Below, piece by piece: positions 11,602 to 24,427 of a DNA stretch of 64,000 nucleotides; within the stretch, counting starts at the first letter, position 1; the number at the start of each line of letters is the position of its first letter. The stretch spans positions 31,682,001 through 31,746,000 of the forward strand of contig CM052851.1 of assembly GCA_028534125.1 (NCBI GenBank), given 5' to 3'. The DNA comes from Lama glama. Its lineage: Eukaryota. Below the pieces are notes generated by a model. The model saw only the letters and a list, made by a program, of their open reading frames with translations, made no database searches and was not told the DNA's origin. A program made the position numbers and the translations under genes.

Positions 11602-14600
11602 CGTGTGATGAGAGTCCCCTCTCCTGTGCGCTGTGCAGCCACACTGAGATGCCTCCTTCTCCCGGCACACCTTGCTGTTTCACCTCTCCCAGCCTTTGCC
11701 CCTGAGGTGTTCTCAGCCTGGAACGCCCTCCCCACTGTCTGGTGAACTCATCCTTGTCCTTGAGATGCTCAAGGACACTTCTCTGTGCAGCTTCGCAGAC
11801 TCTCCCTTTGTGCCCTCCCAGGCACTCGAGTTAGATAGCCACCGTTGACATTTAGCACATTTTTGCTTGCGAGACTACAGGCTAGTTGAGGATAGGGACA
11901 GGGGCTTAGTCATCTGTGGATGCCCACGGGCTCAACACACAGGGCCCGATAAGAAAGAAATGGATATAAGATTATAGCAGGTCTTGTCTCAAGACTACCT
12001 AGAGGCAAACTGGGTCTAAAATAACTGCAACATATATCCCCAGAGCACCCTACGAAATTGTTAAAAGAAAGGTGGTGAAAAAACAGTATAATCCCTGGCT
12101 ACAGATGATAAATGTAGAGTTAAACTCACTGCCAGTGAGGCAGAGACCTCCAGCCCTTCCCCAGAAAACCTGGCATAATGAGAAATGAATGGGCATTGAG
12201 GAGTGCAAAGTAGTACAGCTCAGGGAGCCAAGGGGATGGGGAAAAGATCAGAGTCAATCAGGGAAGGCTGCCTGGAGGAGATGGCTTTCCAGGGTTTTTC
12301 AAAGGAGTCTATTGCGCCAGAGTTACATAATCAGAGGTCATCTATAGAGAGCCTTAAAGCATGATCCAGAGCGGCCTGGATTATGGCCTGATCCATCCTC
12401 TTGTGACTGTAGTCCTGAGTCTCACATAGCTGTCCTTCCCTCCCCTTTCACTCCTTTTTCCCCACTTCTTCCTTCCTTTTTTTCCTCCCATTTAGTCACT
12501 CCTTCCCATCTTCCTTCCAAACTTGGATATATAGAAAGAGCTGGATATAAGTTGCCCTTCCTTTCATCCCTCCTTCTATGCACTGGACTCCCTGTCATGT
12601 GGAATATAGAAGGAAGCTCAAGCCTTGCCCCTTCACAGCCTGGGCAGCTCACAGAAGCCAGGATTATGGACAGGAGAGCCAGGGAGCAGCCCCGGGTGGA
12701 GTGTGGTCCATTGCCAGATGTCCAGTCACAAATCAAAATGCTTGCAGAAGAATTCAGCCAGAAGAGAGGTCAGTGTGCTCGACTCCCTGGGGAGGCTTCC
12801 TGGAGGCAGCATGAGTGGAGGCAGGCCTTGGAAGGAAAGAGGCCACAGTTCAGAGCAGAGGAGCAGGGAGGCCTGAAGGAGGAACAGGGGAGAGAAAGGC
12901 TGAGAAGCAGGAGTGAGTGTGGCTGGGAGGTGGGGCAATTTTCATGGCAGAGGAGGATTTGGAGAATCCCATGAAGTCAGGTTTTCAGTTCTTTGCATCT
13001 CCCCTTCCTGATGGCTCTGGGTCTGACTCTGCGGACCTGGAAACAGCCCAGGGCTCTCCAGAGGGGAGAGGATCAGTTCTGCTGGGAGAGGCCCGGCTCA
13101 TCCTCAAGCCACTCTCTGCTGCATTGTTCTCATTAGCTCCGGGAACACCTGGTAGAGCCTGAGGAAACGGGAAACAGCTTTGTAGCAGATGGCACCGCCT
13201 GGTACAAAGAGCAGGAGCATCTCCCAGGCTGGGTTGACTTAGAGGGAGCCCAGAGATGAAGCTTTGAGCCAGATCAGCAGTGGTGACATGGAGGACGTCA
13301 GCCCCAGCTTGCCTCGGACTCTGTGTACTTTGGTCACTTCTGTTGTCTTTAGCACAATGCTGCAGCCGGCAGCTTTTATGGCTTCCATGGCCCAGAGAAA
13401 GAAACCAAGGCTCAGAGAGGTTAAGACACTGGTCCAGGACCCCGTGGGAAAGAAGGTGGCAGAGCACAGCCTTTCAACCAGCGATCTCTGCTGCCAAGTC
13501 CATCGTTTTTTTAGAGGACTGTGACTGCCTTAAGGTGTGTGACCTTAGAATGTCCAGTCTGTTGGTCTGTTGTTTTGAGGGATGCCACCCATGACTGCAG
13601 ACCTCTGTTGATGGCCCACCCAGGCCCCAGGTTTCCAGCTGTCCCCTGGCACGAGGCTGTAAAAGCATCAACCATCCTTGGTCCAGGACCAGGCTCCAGC
13701 CTATCTTCTCCATTGGTTACCAAAGCAGGACCCAGGTGACCACTTACCTCCTCTCATGCCTGTCCCAAGCTCCTCTGAGTGTCTGTTATTCCTACACAAA
13801 CTAGGGTAACGATGTCTTCTTCACCAGCTTGACACAAGGGTTTAATGAAATAAGCTATCAGAAAGCACGTAGCACACAGTAGGTATGCAGCTTTATTTAT
13901 TAAATCTGAATTCAGGGAGTCAGACCACCTTCAATCTTGACTCCTGGTCCCTTCTGGCTTTTTTTTTTCTTTCCTATTCCATTCAGCTTCCCGGCTCACA
14001 CTCTATTCTCTCTCCTGGCAAAAGTGCCTCAGACCCAGTTAATATTTCCAAACAGCCTCTGCCCTGCCTCACCCAGGCCCTGCCTCTGACTCAGTTTGCC
14101 TGATGCTTTTACCAGACCTTCATGTGCCAGGATCTTCCTGGCCTGAACACAGAAGGGTTCAGTCAGAGGCTGAGGGTGGGGTCCCTGATGGAGGACTGGA
14201 CCCCACAGTGAGGGACAGCAGGAGCTAGGAGCCTCCCAGGCTGCAGGTAGGAACAAACCTAGCTCTGTCCCCTCCGTAAGTGCATACAAGCCCTATGAGA
14301 AGTGACTTTATAAACGATGAAGAGCAGAGCAGATGGCAGACAGCATCGTCGTGAAGGATACAGAGCCGGACACAGGTGGCCCTGGCTGTCTGGGCCCAGA
14401 GTTGGCACCAGGGATGTCTAGGGCTGAAACCAGAGGCAGATAGAGATCAGAAGTACAAAGTCATTTGTGATCAAGGTGGATGTGTAACCAGCACAGGCTT
14501 GGTCAGGATTCTAGTCCCAGGTGGAGGAGTGAGAGCTGCAAGGGTGGACAGGGCTGCAGTCCTAGAAGGCAGATGACCGAGACCAAGACTCTGCCTGCCA

Positions 14601-17600
14601 GGGCATTGGGCAGAAGGCCAGGTGCTGGGATTGGACCAGTGTCAGAGCCAAACAAGCAGCAGTGAGGCTGAGTGTTGTGAAAACTTTTAACGATAATATT
14701 AATTACTACTTACATAGCATACTCTGTGCTAGGAACTCTTATAAGAGTTTTATGTTTTCTCGTCTCAGTAATACTTGTGTTTGATACTACTGCTGGTCCA
14801 TTTTACAGATGAGAAAACCGAGGCACAGAGAGTGTGAGTTAAACTCCTGATCTCCTCCAAGGCTGGCAGCATGACGCTCTCATTCTCAGCTTGAAATCAG
14901 CCATGATAGGAGCATTTACACCAGGGAAATCGGCAAATGCCACAAATTGTGGCTATTAAAATTTTTTATTAAAAAAATTTTTTTTTCTGAGAACCAATTT
15001 ACTAGCACACCACTAGACTCATCCCAGAGCCTCCGTGGACCTCACCTGTGGGAGAGAAGGCCTGTATTAACTGAGAAGCAAGCAACACCTGACACACTGG
15101 ATGATGACAGCATTTTTAGGAGCTTAACGGGCCCTGTCTAAGCATTCTGCACGCATGTCATGTAAAAACTTCGTGTGAGGGTCAAAATTAACTTCTTCTC
15201 CTTAAGTAATCTCTCAAGTGTAGACACAGTTATCCCCCTTCGCAAATGAGGAAACTGAGGCACGGAAAAGTCAAGTATCTTCCTCAAGATCAGGCAGCCA
15301 GTGAGGGAGCCTTGGTTCATACTCAGGGAGCCCAGCCCCAAAGCCTGGGCTTTGTGACATCTTTGATGAGCCATTTATACACGATCGAACTGTAGCCCAC
15401 TTTTCATTTATTTTTTTGAGAATATATCTTGAGTATCTGCATGGTGTCAGGTAGAGTATTAAATACAGGAAACAGAACATTCACATCAGAAGCGTACACC
15501 CAGTGGTCTCAATAAAGCCTGGGCCTGGGGTGGAGGCAAAGTGAGTTTGAAGCCTGCTTCTGCCAACTTACCAATTGGGTGACCTTGAGCAAGTGACTCA
15601 GTCTCTCCAAGTCCTAATATCATGTGTAGGAGGGGGAGGAGAACTGTGTTTAGCTCACAGGGTTGTAGTGAGAAGTGAATAATGATGTCATGCACACACA
15701 GCACCTGGCATGTTATCCAGCTCTCAGGACGCGCTCAAAGGAAGGAGGCTGCCTTGACTGTAAACCAGTTTGTGTACAGGTAGCTCCGTGTGAGGTGGGG
15801 ATACAGACATCAATAGATAATCACCAAGCAGAGCATGAGAACAGAAGAGGAAAATAGCCAGTTCTTCCTTAGGGAGTAAGGGGGTTTCTCCTGAGGGAGG
15901 GGTCACATTTGAACAGGGTCTTATGGGTTTTCCAAGCAGACAAGGGAAAAGGGGGCTTTTCCACTGAGGGGGAAAGTACATCCCAAGGCATTATAGGTAG
16001 GAGTGAGCGTCAAGCAGAATGGAAATACCGAAACACCTCCCTCCCCAAGAGGTGTGATCATGCCTTCACATTTGTAATTGCCTGTTTTCTCCTTGTAAAT
16101 TAAACTGTATACCTGGGGAAGGGGGTTGGTTGTAGAAAGGGAGCAGAAGGGCGTGTTTTCAGAATCTGAGAGCAGAGGGTTAAAACAGATGACCTTTGAA
16201 CTCTGAAATCCCTTCTCTTCCATTGATATTCCTCCGGACTCCTGTTCACCACACAGATAGGACTGTCTGCAGCGGATACTAATCAGCACAGCTGAGCTTG
16301 GCCTCCATTGGTGACTGGCTGCGGCGGGAACTCCCTCGCCACTTGAAGGTTGGGCAGCTTCTGCCCCAGGATCCCTGGACCAAGGCTGTTTCCCTGGTGC
16401 TGGGAGCGCCCTCTGCTGGTTCACTGCTGCTCCACCACTTCCACCTCATCAAATCTTGACAGCCCCAGAATTGAAACGACCTTAAAGGAAAGGCCCGTAA
16501 AAGTCATTAAATTCAATTCCTTTGATTTTCGTTTTTGGTTACTGAGACTCAGGTTAGCGGAAGTGATTCGCCCAGAGTCACACCGTGGCCTAGGACTAGA
16601 GCTCAGGGCTGCTGGGTCTTTGACCACAGAGTGCATTTTTTCCTCCAGTGATGGAGCACAGCTGCCACCTTTATGCACAGTGTCCACTCCAGCCAGTCTC
16701 CCAAGGACAGCTCTCTGGGACTGCTACTTCAGGTGGAGAAAGCTGAGGTCAGGGTCCAGGGCAGGACTTCCTGTCACTCTGTTCCTGGAAGACACACAAA
16801 GCTAATGGCCCCACAGCAGCGAGCTCCTTCAGAGCCATGGGAACTGGAGTCTCCCTCAGGAGACTTTGCTGACTCACCCACTGTGTGAGTCTAGCAGAGT
16901 CATTTTACCCCCTGAGCCTTAGTTTCCTCATCTGTAGAATGGGAGTGCTGCCCCCAAAGACCTATGGCAAGGGTTTTTAAAAGAACATCTACAATGCAAT
17001 TGCTGTAGTCTGCTGTTTCGTTCATGTTCACTCTCTTCCTGATTTCAGAGCATTGTTTTCTGCAAAGGCTGAAAGCCAGAAGAAAAGAGAGCTTAGGAAT
17101 ATGGGCAGTGAGGGGCAGATCTGTCATTACTAGCTGTGTGACCTTGGCCAAGTCACTGCACTTCTCTGAATCTCCATTTTCTCATCTAGAAACTACAGGT
17201 AATGATAGTATGTTCTTCCTAGGGCTGTCGTGAGGACTAAGGTCTGCCATCCGTCTCTGAAAAGAAGAGGAGAGGGGAGGAAAACACAAAGGAAGAACAT
17301 CCCAAATGAGCACCTCAGTCCGTTTCCCTGTCCATACTCCCTTCCCACATCCCCTTGCCAGACAGAATTTCTTTCTGTTCCTTTAGAGTGCCCCACTTTC
17401 TCTCACTTCCAGGCCCATTCATGTGCCTTCCTCTGCCTAGAACACCCCACCTGCTCCTCTCTCACTCCGCAGCTGCTGACCCCCCCACTTCTCCTTCAGG
17501 TCTCATCATAGATTCCTTCCTGGGACTCTTCCCTGACTCCTCTGCCTCATTCGGGGCCTCACCTGCACCCCCACAGCACCCCCACAACACCCTACACTTC

Positions 17601-18447
17601 CCCCATCAAACAGGCCACCTGTGTCCCACTGCCTTTTGTTACCTGTACTCCCCCATTATGCCTTGAGAGCCTACAGTCCATTGTATCCCCAGGGCCTCAC
17701 ACTGTGGCCTGCACGTAGTAGGTGTTTGGTAAATACTAGTTGAAGAAATGAATGTTCCAGTCCCTGAATCAGATAAAAGATGGAAAACTCTCTTACCCCT
17801 TTGCAGTCTGGGCCCTTCCAGCACCTCCATCTTCCCTTCTCTTGGGTGTCTGCCATTCCCACACCCATGCCCCTGTCTCCCACCAACAGAGCACAATGGA
17901 AGATAAGTCATCATTCATCTGGGTACATCCCAACAGAGAACACTCAGACCCTGTGTTTAGGATCCAGAACGCTCTGAGTTTGCAGTCTGCTCAGACGTGG
18001 GGACAGATGGCTGGACAGTGGACAGCTGGGCAGGGAGGGTAGGCAGCTTGGCAGGATGGAAATAGCAGTGAACTAAGCATTGGGAGCCCTGGGCTCAGAG
18101 CGTATCTGTTCCACGAGTTTGCTGCACGCATCAATCTGAGCTCTGTGGTTGCCGGCAACAGAAACTGACTGACTTAGGTAGGAAAGCTACTTGTTAGAAG
18201 GCTTTGGGCTCTGACACAGAATGACAGGTAACTAATCGCTGGTCTTGGGCCATCCCTGGGGCAAGGGACAGGCAGAGCACTTGCGGAAGAGAGAGTTAAC
18301 TCCCAAAGGGAACTCTGGATTTTTAACTACCTGAAAATAAGTGTTCACGCACTGTGTGACCTGAGGCAAGTCACTTAACCTCTCTTGCCTCGATTTCCCC
18401 ATCTGGATGTTCTGAAGCTGGCCTCTCTCTTCCATTCACATCTCCAG

Positions 18448-18536
18448 TGTGCCTTTTACTGAGAAAGCTTCCTGCCCTGGTCCCAGATGGCACCCTTCCC
18501 CATCCAGACACTTTGGGAGGGATGATGAGGGAGCAG
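18448..18536 (+). other. PTPN5: Probable PTPN5 exon 2 homologue (5' UTR here; encodes MNYEGAR in human)
   Basis: AGG GAT GAT GAG GGA GCAG|GTGTGT resembles the human start exon (M-N-Y-E-G-A-R); pyrimidine tract and CAG at 18422-18447. The 5' boundary is uncertain. Confidence 0.55.
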
Positions 18537-19844
18537 GTGTGTGCTTCCCTGCAGCCGCCCCAGGGAGGAGGGCAGGGCCTCTCCACCTGCATGCTTTGCA
18601 ACTCATTTGCATGAAGTGATCAGCCTGGTTTTCTGTGAAGCCAGCATGTCCTCTGCCCCTGCACACTGAACATGCTGATGAAAATCTGGATGGCATTATG
18701 GGTCTCTTTCTGGCCATGGTCTGACCGTCTTCTCCAGGTTAGGAAGCTCCTAGCTAGCTTCTGTCCTCCTAGAGCCCCCAAAGCCACTAATCCTAAGGCC
18801 CTGCCACTGCCCTCCATTTGACCTTTAACTTGTACATCAACAGGCTTGAGCCCTGAACACCTGGGATGCAGAGGTGGCAGGGGGTAGGGATATTCCCATG
18901 TCACTGGATGCCTGGTGGGAGAGGCAGGTGCACAAACAGCTAACTGTAGCAGCAGAACCAAACAAGAGACAGGAGTATGAGCCCAGGGTGTGGGGGAGCC
19001 CGGAGGTGGGAGATCAGCCGGTGCTCCACGGAAGAGGCAATGTTGAGAATGAGTAAGATTTGGCAGGAGAAGGAAAGGAAATTCCAAGCTGAGGTAACAG
19101 CAATAACAAAGACTTAGAGAAGTGGGAGTGGGCAGGTTTGATTCAGAAAATAGGGATGTCTGGAGGGGTCAGGGCTTCAGGAGAGTGACAGAGCTTCGTG
19201 TTGACCATGTGGGATGTCTGGAGGGCCCTGGGGGCCCTGGGGAGCATGAAGCCCAAGGTAGAGGGCATGTCTGCCTGGGGTTGGGTTGGAGGTTCCTGGG
19301 GCCTCAACCTCCTACCCAGGAATCCTGGTTTCAGCATCCCAGCTCCTCCTCGCCCCTCACCCACCTTGGAAGAAGGTGCCAGCTCCTCTGCCTCCCTCCC
19401 CAGACCTGTCAGCTATTTCTCTGCATACGTCCTGGGCAAAGCTGGCATCCGCTCCAGGGTGCATCCTAACAGCACTCACCCATCCACCTGCCCACCCACC
19501 CTCCCACAGCAGAGGTGAGGTGCTCCCAGCGCATCTTAGGCAGGCCTCTGTTAGAATGCTGCACCCAGCCCATAGCATTACAGGTTCTGTGTCTCCCCCA
19601 CCAGCCACAAGTTCCAGGATGATAAGGTGGGCTGGTCCAGGCCGGGTCTCTAGCACCCAGCCTGGTGGAGTAGCTGGGGGTACATAATACCTTCCCACAC
19701 AAATGGACAAATGATAGTGATGACATTCAGGCTTCTAGGGGCCTAGAATCTGACCACCTTACTTTATAGATGAGGCCTCAGGGGCCCAGGGTGAGAGAGG
19801 ATTGACCAAAGTTGTAAGCATGTTGGGAGCAGAGTTTAAAAGTT

Positions 19845-20327
19845 GTTTGTAGCAGCACTATTCACAATAGCCAGAAGTGGAAACAATGCAGAAGACCATC
19901 ATCATCTGATGGATACATAAAATGCAGTCTATGCATAAAGTCAAATACTATCCAGCCGTTAAAAAGAATTGAATACTGGTACATGCTACAATTGGGATGA
20001 ACCTAGAAAATGTTACGCTAAGTGAAAAGAGCCAGACACAAAAGGCACATAGTATCTGATTCCATTTATGGGGAATATGCAGAACAGGCAAATCCATGAG
20101 AGACAGGAAGCAGGTTAGTGGTTGCAGGGGCTGGGGAGGGGGGAATGGGAGTGACTCCTTCATGGTAAGGGCTTTCTTTTGGGCTGATGAAACTGTTCTG
20201 GAACTAGATAAGGGTGGTAGACACACAGCATTGTGAAAATATTAAAAATGCCACTGACTTATATGTTTTCTAATGGCTAAAATGGTGAATTTTATGTTAA
20301 GTGAATTTTACCCCAATTAAAAAAAAG
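19845..20327 (+). mobile_element. Old L1 (L1MB-like) 3' end
   Basis: gcagcactattcacaatagcc...ggatgaacctagaaaatgttacgctaagtgaaaagagccagacacaaaagg...; A-rich end. Confidence 0.85.
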
Positions 20328-23166
20328 GACCCGTTTGGGACCAGATCAGCTGCCACCAGCTGGGTCTAATGTCCATTCCTCAGACATGTGCCGCTGTTTG
20401 CCCTTCCTGTTGCAGACCTGGCCAGCCCAGGGATGGGGAAGCCCGTGGCGTCTCTCAGTTCCGGGGAAGCCTCCCAGTCATGTGGAGGAGGGCTGCCCTG
20501 CTCGGGAGGCAGGATTCCCAGCAGTGAGGCCTGCTTCCTGCTCATGTGCCTCTGTGGAGGCCTGGCCTCCACCAGTTCCCCACCCCACTGACCAGCCTGC
20601 TTCCAGTTAATCCCAAATGTCCCAGACGTCTCAGGCCTCCGTGCCTTACTCCTGCCATTTGCACTCTGAAGGAAGTCCTTCCCTTGTGATCCCTCATCCA
20701 CCTAGAAACATCCTTTGAGAACCAGCCCTATCATGCCCTTCCAGAAGACTCCCCCGACAGCCCCCTCCCAACAAGCCAAGCTGAGCGCCCCAAGGTGTCA
20801 CGTGCATACAATCTATTAAAGCAGGTGTGGGGTCTTCCCTGGAAGACTGGCAGCTGTGGAGGGAAGGGCCTGGCTTGTTTGTCATTGTGTTCCTGGGAGA
20901 ACTCTGCTGCTTGCTCACAGGAGGTGCTCAGCAAATGCTTGTTGAATGAGGGGTGGTGGCTTGGAAAAGTTCTTTCCCACCCCCACCCCCAGACATTCTC
21001 CGTCAGTGAGGGAAGGACAGGCAGGGTGATCGCCAAGTCCCTTTATCTCTGGGTTTCTCTGGTTTTGAGAACAGCAGTGGGGGGCCAGCCCAGCAAGTTG
21101 CTGCCGTGGTCACAGACCAGTTTTCTGGTCCTGTTGCCTGGCTGAGAGAGGTGGGGAAGGAGCGAGAAGGAGCCTGCAGTCATCTGCTGCAAACAGCTCT
21201 TTCTTCTCTTGGTGAAGAGGACGGAGGGCAGTGCCCAGAGACTGGGCTTCTCCAATCAGCCTGAATGGCCCATCTCTTCTCTTTGGAAATCTAATTAAAA
21301 CCCTCCTCCGAACAGCCTAGACACGCAGGCTTTGGCGAGGTTGCCTGGAGCCCTTCGACTCCAGGGCCGAGAGCAGGCTCTTGCTCCATTTTCCTCTACA
21401 GATGAGAGGTGCTACTCTTTCTGCTTTCCTGATTATGAAATTAGTCATTTTCTAGGAAGCTTATTTATAGAGTCTGCTGCACACATGCAGTGCTGAGCTA
21501 TTCTGAACACAGCTTGGGGCCTGGGAGGCTTAAGGTGTGAAAGCAGCTGTGAGTCACACATGGGTCCCCTTCCAGAGGTATCTGGATACCGTGGTTACCT
21601 TTCTGCACCCAGCCAGGGGCCAGGCCTCTGGAGCCGCCCTCCAGTGGGGACACTCTTGAAGATCAAGAAAGAAAACTCTCCGCATCAGGAGGTAGGGGAT
21701 AGGTGGTCTCCATCCCAGTCCACGTGGCCACTCACTCGGTGTATCACCTGGGGCAAGTCAGACCTCTGTTCTGTGCCTCCATTTCTGCTAAATGAGGGGC
21801 CTTCCAGATGTGCGATTCTGTGCCTGCTCTGGGTAGCAGCTGTGGAGAAGGGTTCCAGAGACCTGCCACAAGGCAGCTCAGATAATGGCCGTGTTTGAGG
21901 TTCCTGATGTTTTTTTCAAGAAGGTCAGGGCAACATTCACTTATTCAACAAGTGTTTGTTTATTTATTGAACACCTGCTATGAGCCAGGCAGTGTGCGAA
22001 GCTTTGAAGGTACAATGGTAAATAAAACAGAAGTGGTGGTTCCTACCCTCATGTCACTTACACTCTAATGCTAATCAAAGGCATGAGTTAATATGAAATT
22101 TCAAATTCTGTCAAGTGCTATGAGTAAAAAGTACTGGGAAGTAGAGCTCAGGGGCTCTCCAGTCAGGGAGAAAAGCATGTGCAGAGGCACTGTGAAGGAA
22201 GGAACCCATCCCGTACAGCTGGAGTGCAGAGGTTAAAGGGGAAGAGGGCATGAAATAAGGTTGGAGGGGGTAAACAGGGATCAGACCATGCAAGATCTGG
22301 TAAACCATGTCAAAGGATTTTTATCTTTGTTCTAAAAAAGTGCGTTAAAGTCTTTTTTAAGGGAGGTTGTATGATAAATGCTGAGTTTTGAAAGAGCTGA
22401 TTCTAGCTCAGGCCTGCCCCATCCAGTTGCGCAGGTTATAAACTGCACAACTTATGAAGCCAAATGTATTGAAGCCATGTGGAGAATGTTTTGGAGGCCA
22501 TCCTGAGTGGGAGCCGGAGACCAGCTAAAAGACTGCTGCAGTAATCTAGGCAAGAGATGCGGCCCTGGACCAAGATGTAGGTGGTGAAGAGAGAGAAAAG
22601 TGGAGAGACTCCGGAGACATTTAAAGGGCCTTGAAGATAGTAGCACTCTCTCTGCAGGAGAGCTGGGCTCTGGGATTTGGGATTCTCAGAGACCCTGCCA
22701 ACTAGAGTGAGGGGAGAAAAAATGCAGTGCCGGCTGAGACAAGATGTCCAAGTGAAAAGGGTCACCCTTAACCCAGCCTGTCTGCCCTTAACTGTATCAG
22801 ATCTTCAGCTTGGCCTGAAATCAGCCTCAGGACCAGTCTGAGAGGTAGGAGTGCAGGGCTCGTGGGCAGAGAGGCGGCTGACCTCTTGGACTTTTTGAAA
22901 GTAGTATGCTAGCAAGGCTATAATAAAGTTTCTTTTGGTTGCCAGTTTCGGAAATCAAATCCTGCTGGCTTAAGCTAAAATGTTGGAATTTATTGGAAGG
23001 ATCCTGGGGCTTCTCATGGCCTTGACAGACAATGTTGCCCAGTCAAGACTCAAGATGGGCAGGAATGAAGCCGCTCCGAGGCCCTGGGCAGCAGATGGTT
23101 TTGGACCTTCTCTCCAGGGCACTGTGGCTACTCTAGGCCTCCAGAATGCATCTGAAAAGTGCAGGG

Positions 23167-23385
23167 AGTTCAGGGTTTGCAGATACTAACTACATATATA
23201 AAATAGGTAAACAACAATGTCCTACTGTAGAGCACAGGGGACTATATTCAATGCCTTGTAATATCCTATAATGAAAAAGAATATGAAAAGGTATATAAAC
23301 GTATATGTATAACTGAATCACTATGCTGTACACCAGAAACTAACACGACATTGTTGACTATGCTTCAACCAAAAAAAAAAAAAAA
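23167..23385 (+). mobile_element. 5'-truncated L1 3' UTR insertion with poly(A) and TSD, within an older MaLR-like LTR
   Basis: Similar to the L1 3' UTR at 948-1160; ~15-nt A tail; flanks aaaagtgcaggg / aaaatgcaggg. Confidence 0.85.
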
Positions 23386-24350
23386 TGCAGGGTAGAGGAT
23401 CTGCTTGGCCCAGCCTGGTTGATGTGTCCAGCCATGGATCAGTCAGCTACTTCCAGGGGTCAGACGTGAAGGGCAGGCAGAGCCACACACCTGCACAGCA
23501 GGCCATTCCCAAAGCCGGAAGCCCTGCACGCAGCATAGTTGCCCTCAGGATATGTCAAACTACGAACACCTCCTGGGATCTGGCTAATCTCCAGCAACCT
23601 TCTCCCAGCTCACTGGGTAAAGGAGAAGAGCTAGACCCCAGCACAGTCCTGGAAGGTGACCTGATGAGCTAGAAAGAGAATTTTCTGATTTCAGAAAGAA
23701 ATAGAGCGTTTAGAATATGCAACTGTATATACAGCTCCATTTTCTAGCTCTTCCTGGAGGCAAGTTTTGCATGCCACTTTTTATTATCCAAGGCACAGGG
23801 AATGTGCAAAATGTGGGGAGGTGGACACAGACTGTCTGTTACCCAAATCCCTCTTGCTCACCCATGGTTCAAACCCACAGGAACTAGGAGGCAGAACGGC
23901 ACAGCAGTGATAGGGAGCCTGGAGTCCTAAACTGTAATTTCATGCCCAGCTCCAGCCTAATGAGCTGTGTGACCTTAGGCAGGTTACTGAACTTCTCTGA
24001 GCTGCTGGAATGATCCCTAATTCATGGAGTTTTGATGAAGACTCAGTGTGATAAAGTTTGTAAAGTGCTTTGTACATAGTAAGCCCTCCTTCCATGGTAG
24101 AGAAGATGGTGATGATAATGGTGGTGATGCTGCTGCTGATTATTCCACCTGGAAGACATCTGTAGAATTCTGCTCTTGCCTGTGTGGCTTGACTCCTCCA
24201 TAGGTTGGTCTTTGCCTCAGTCCCCTTAATGGGATGGAGTTACTTCAAGGAACACAGAGCAAGAAAGGAAGGCTTTTTTTTCTCCTTGCTTAGGGTTTTG
24301 TCTGGATCCCAGCTCAACAGCCTCATCTCACATTTTTCATCCTGCTGCAG

Positions 24351-24427
24351 GAGTGAGAGAGAGAACCACACTGCTGATGACTCCGAGGGAGGGGCCCTGG
24401 ACATGTGCTGCAGCGAGAGGCTGCCAG
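24351..24427 (+). CDS. PTPN5: PTPN5 exon with start ATG at 24403 ([25 protein letters not shown])
   Basis: TGCAG|GAGT acceptor and CAG|GTGAGT donor; 77 nt; translation matches the STEP61 N-terminus. Confidence 0.95.

Noticed and set aside
16384-16404. Partial REST/RE1-like motif (also ~6070 and ~45005)
   Set aside because: Lacks the essential GGACAG half-site; matches are too weak to call by eye.
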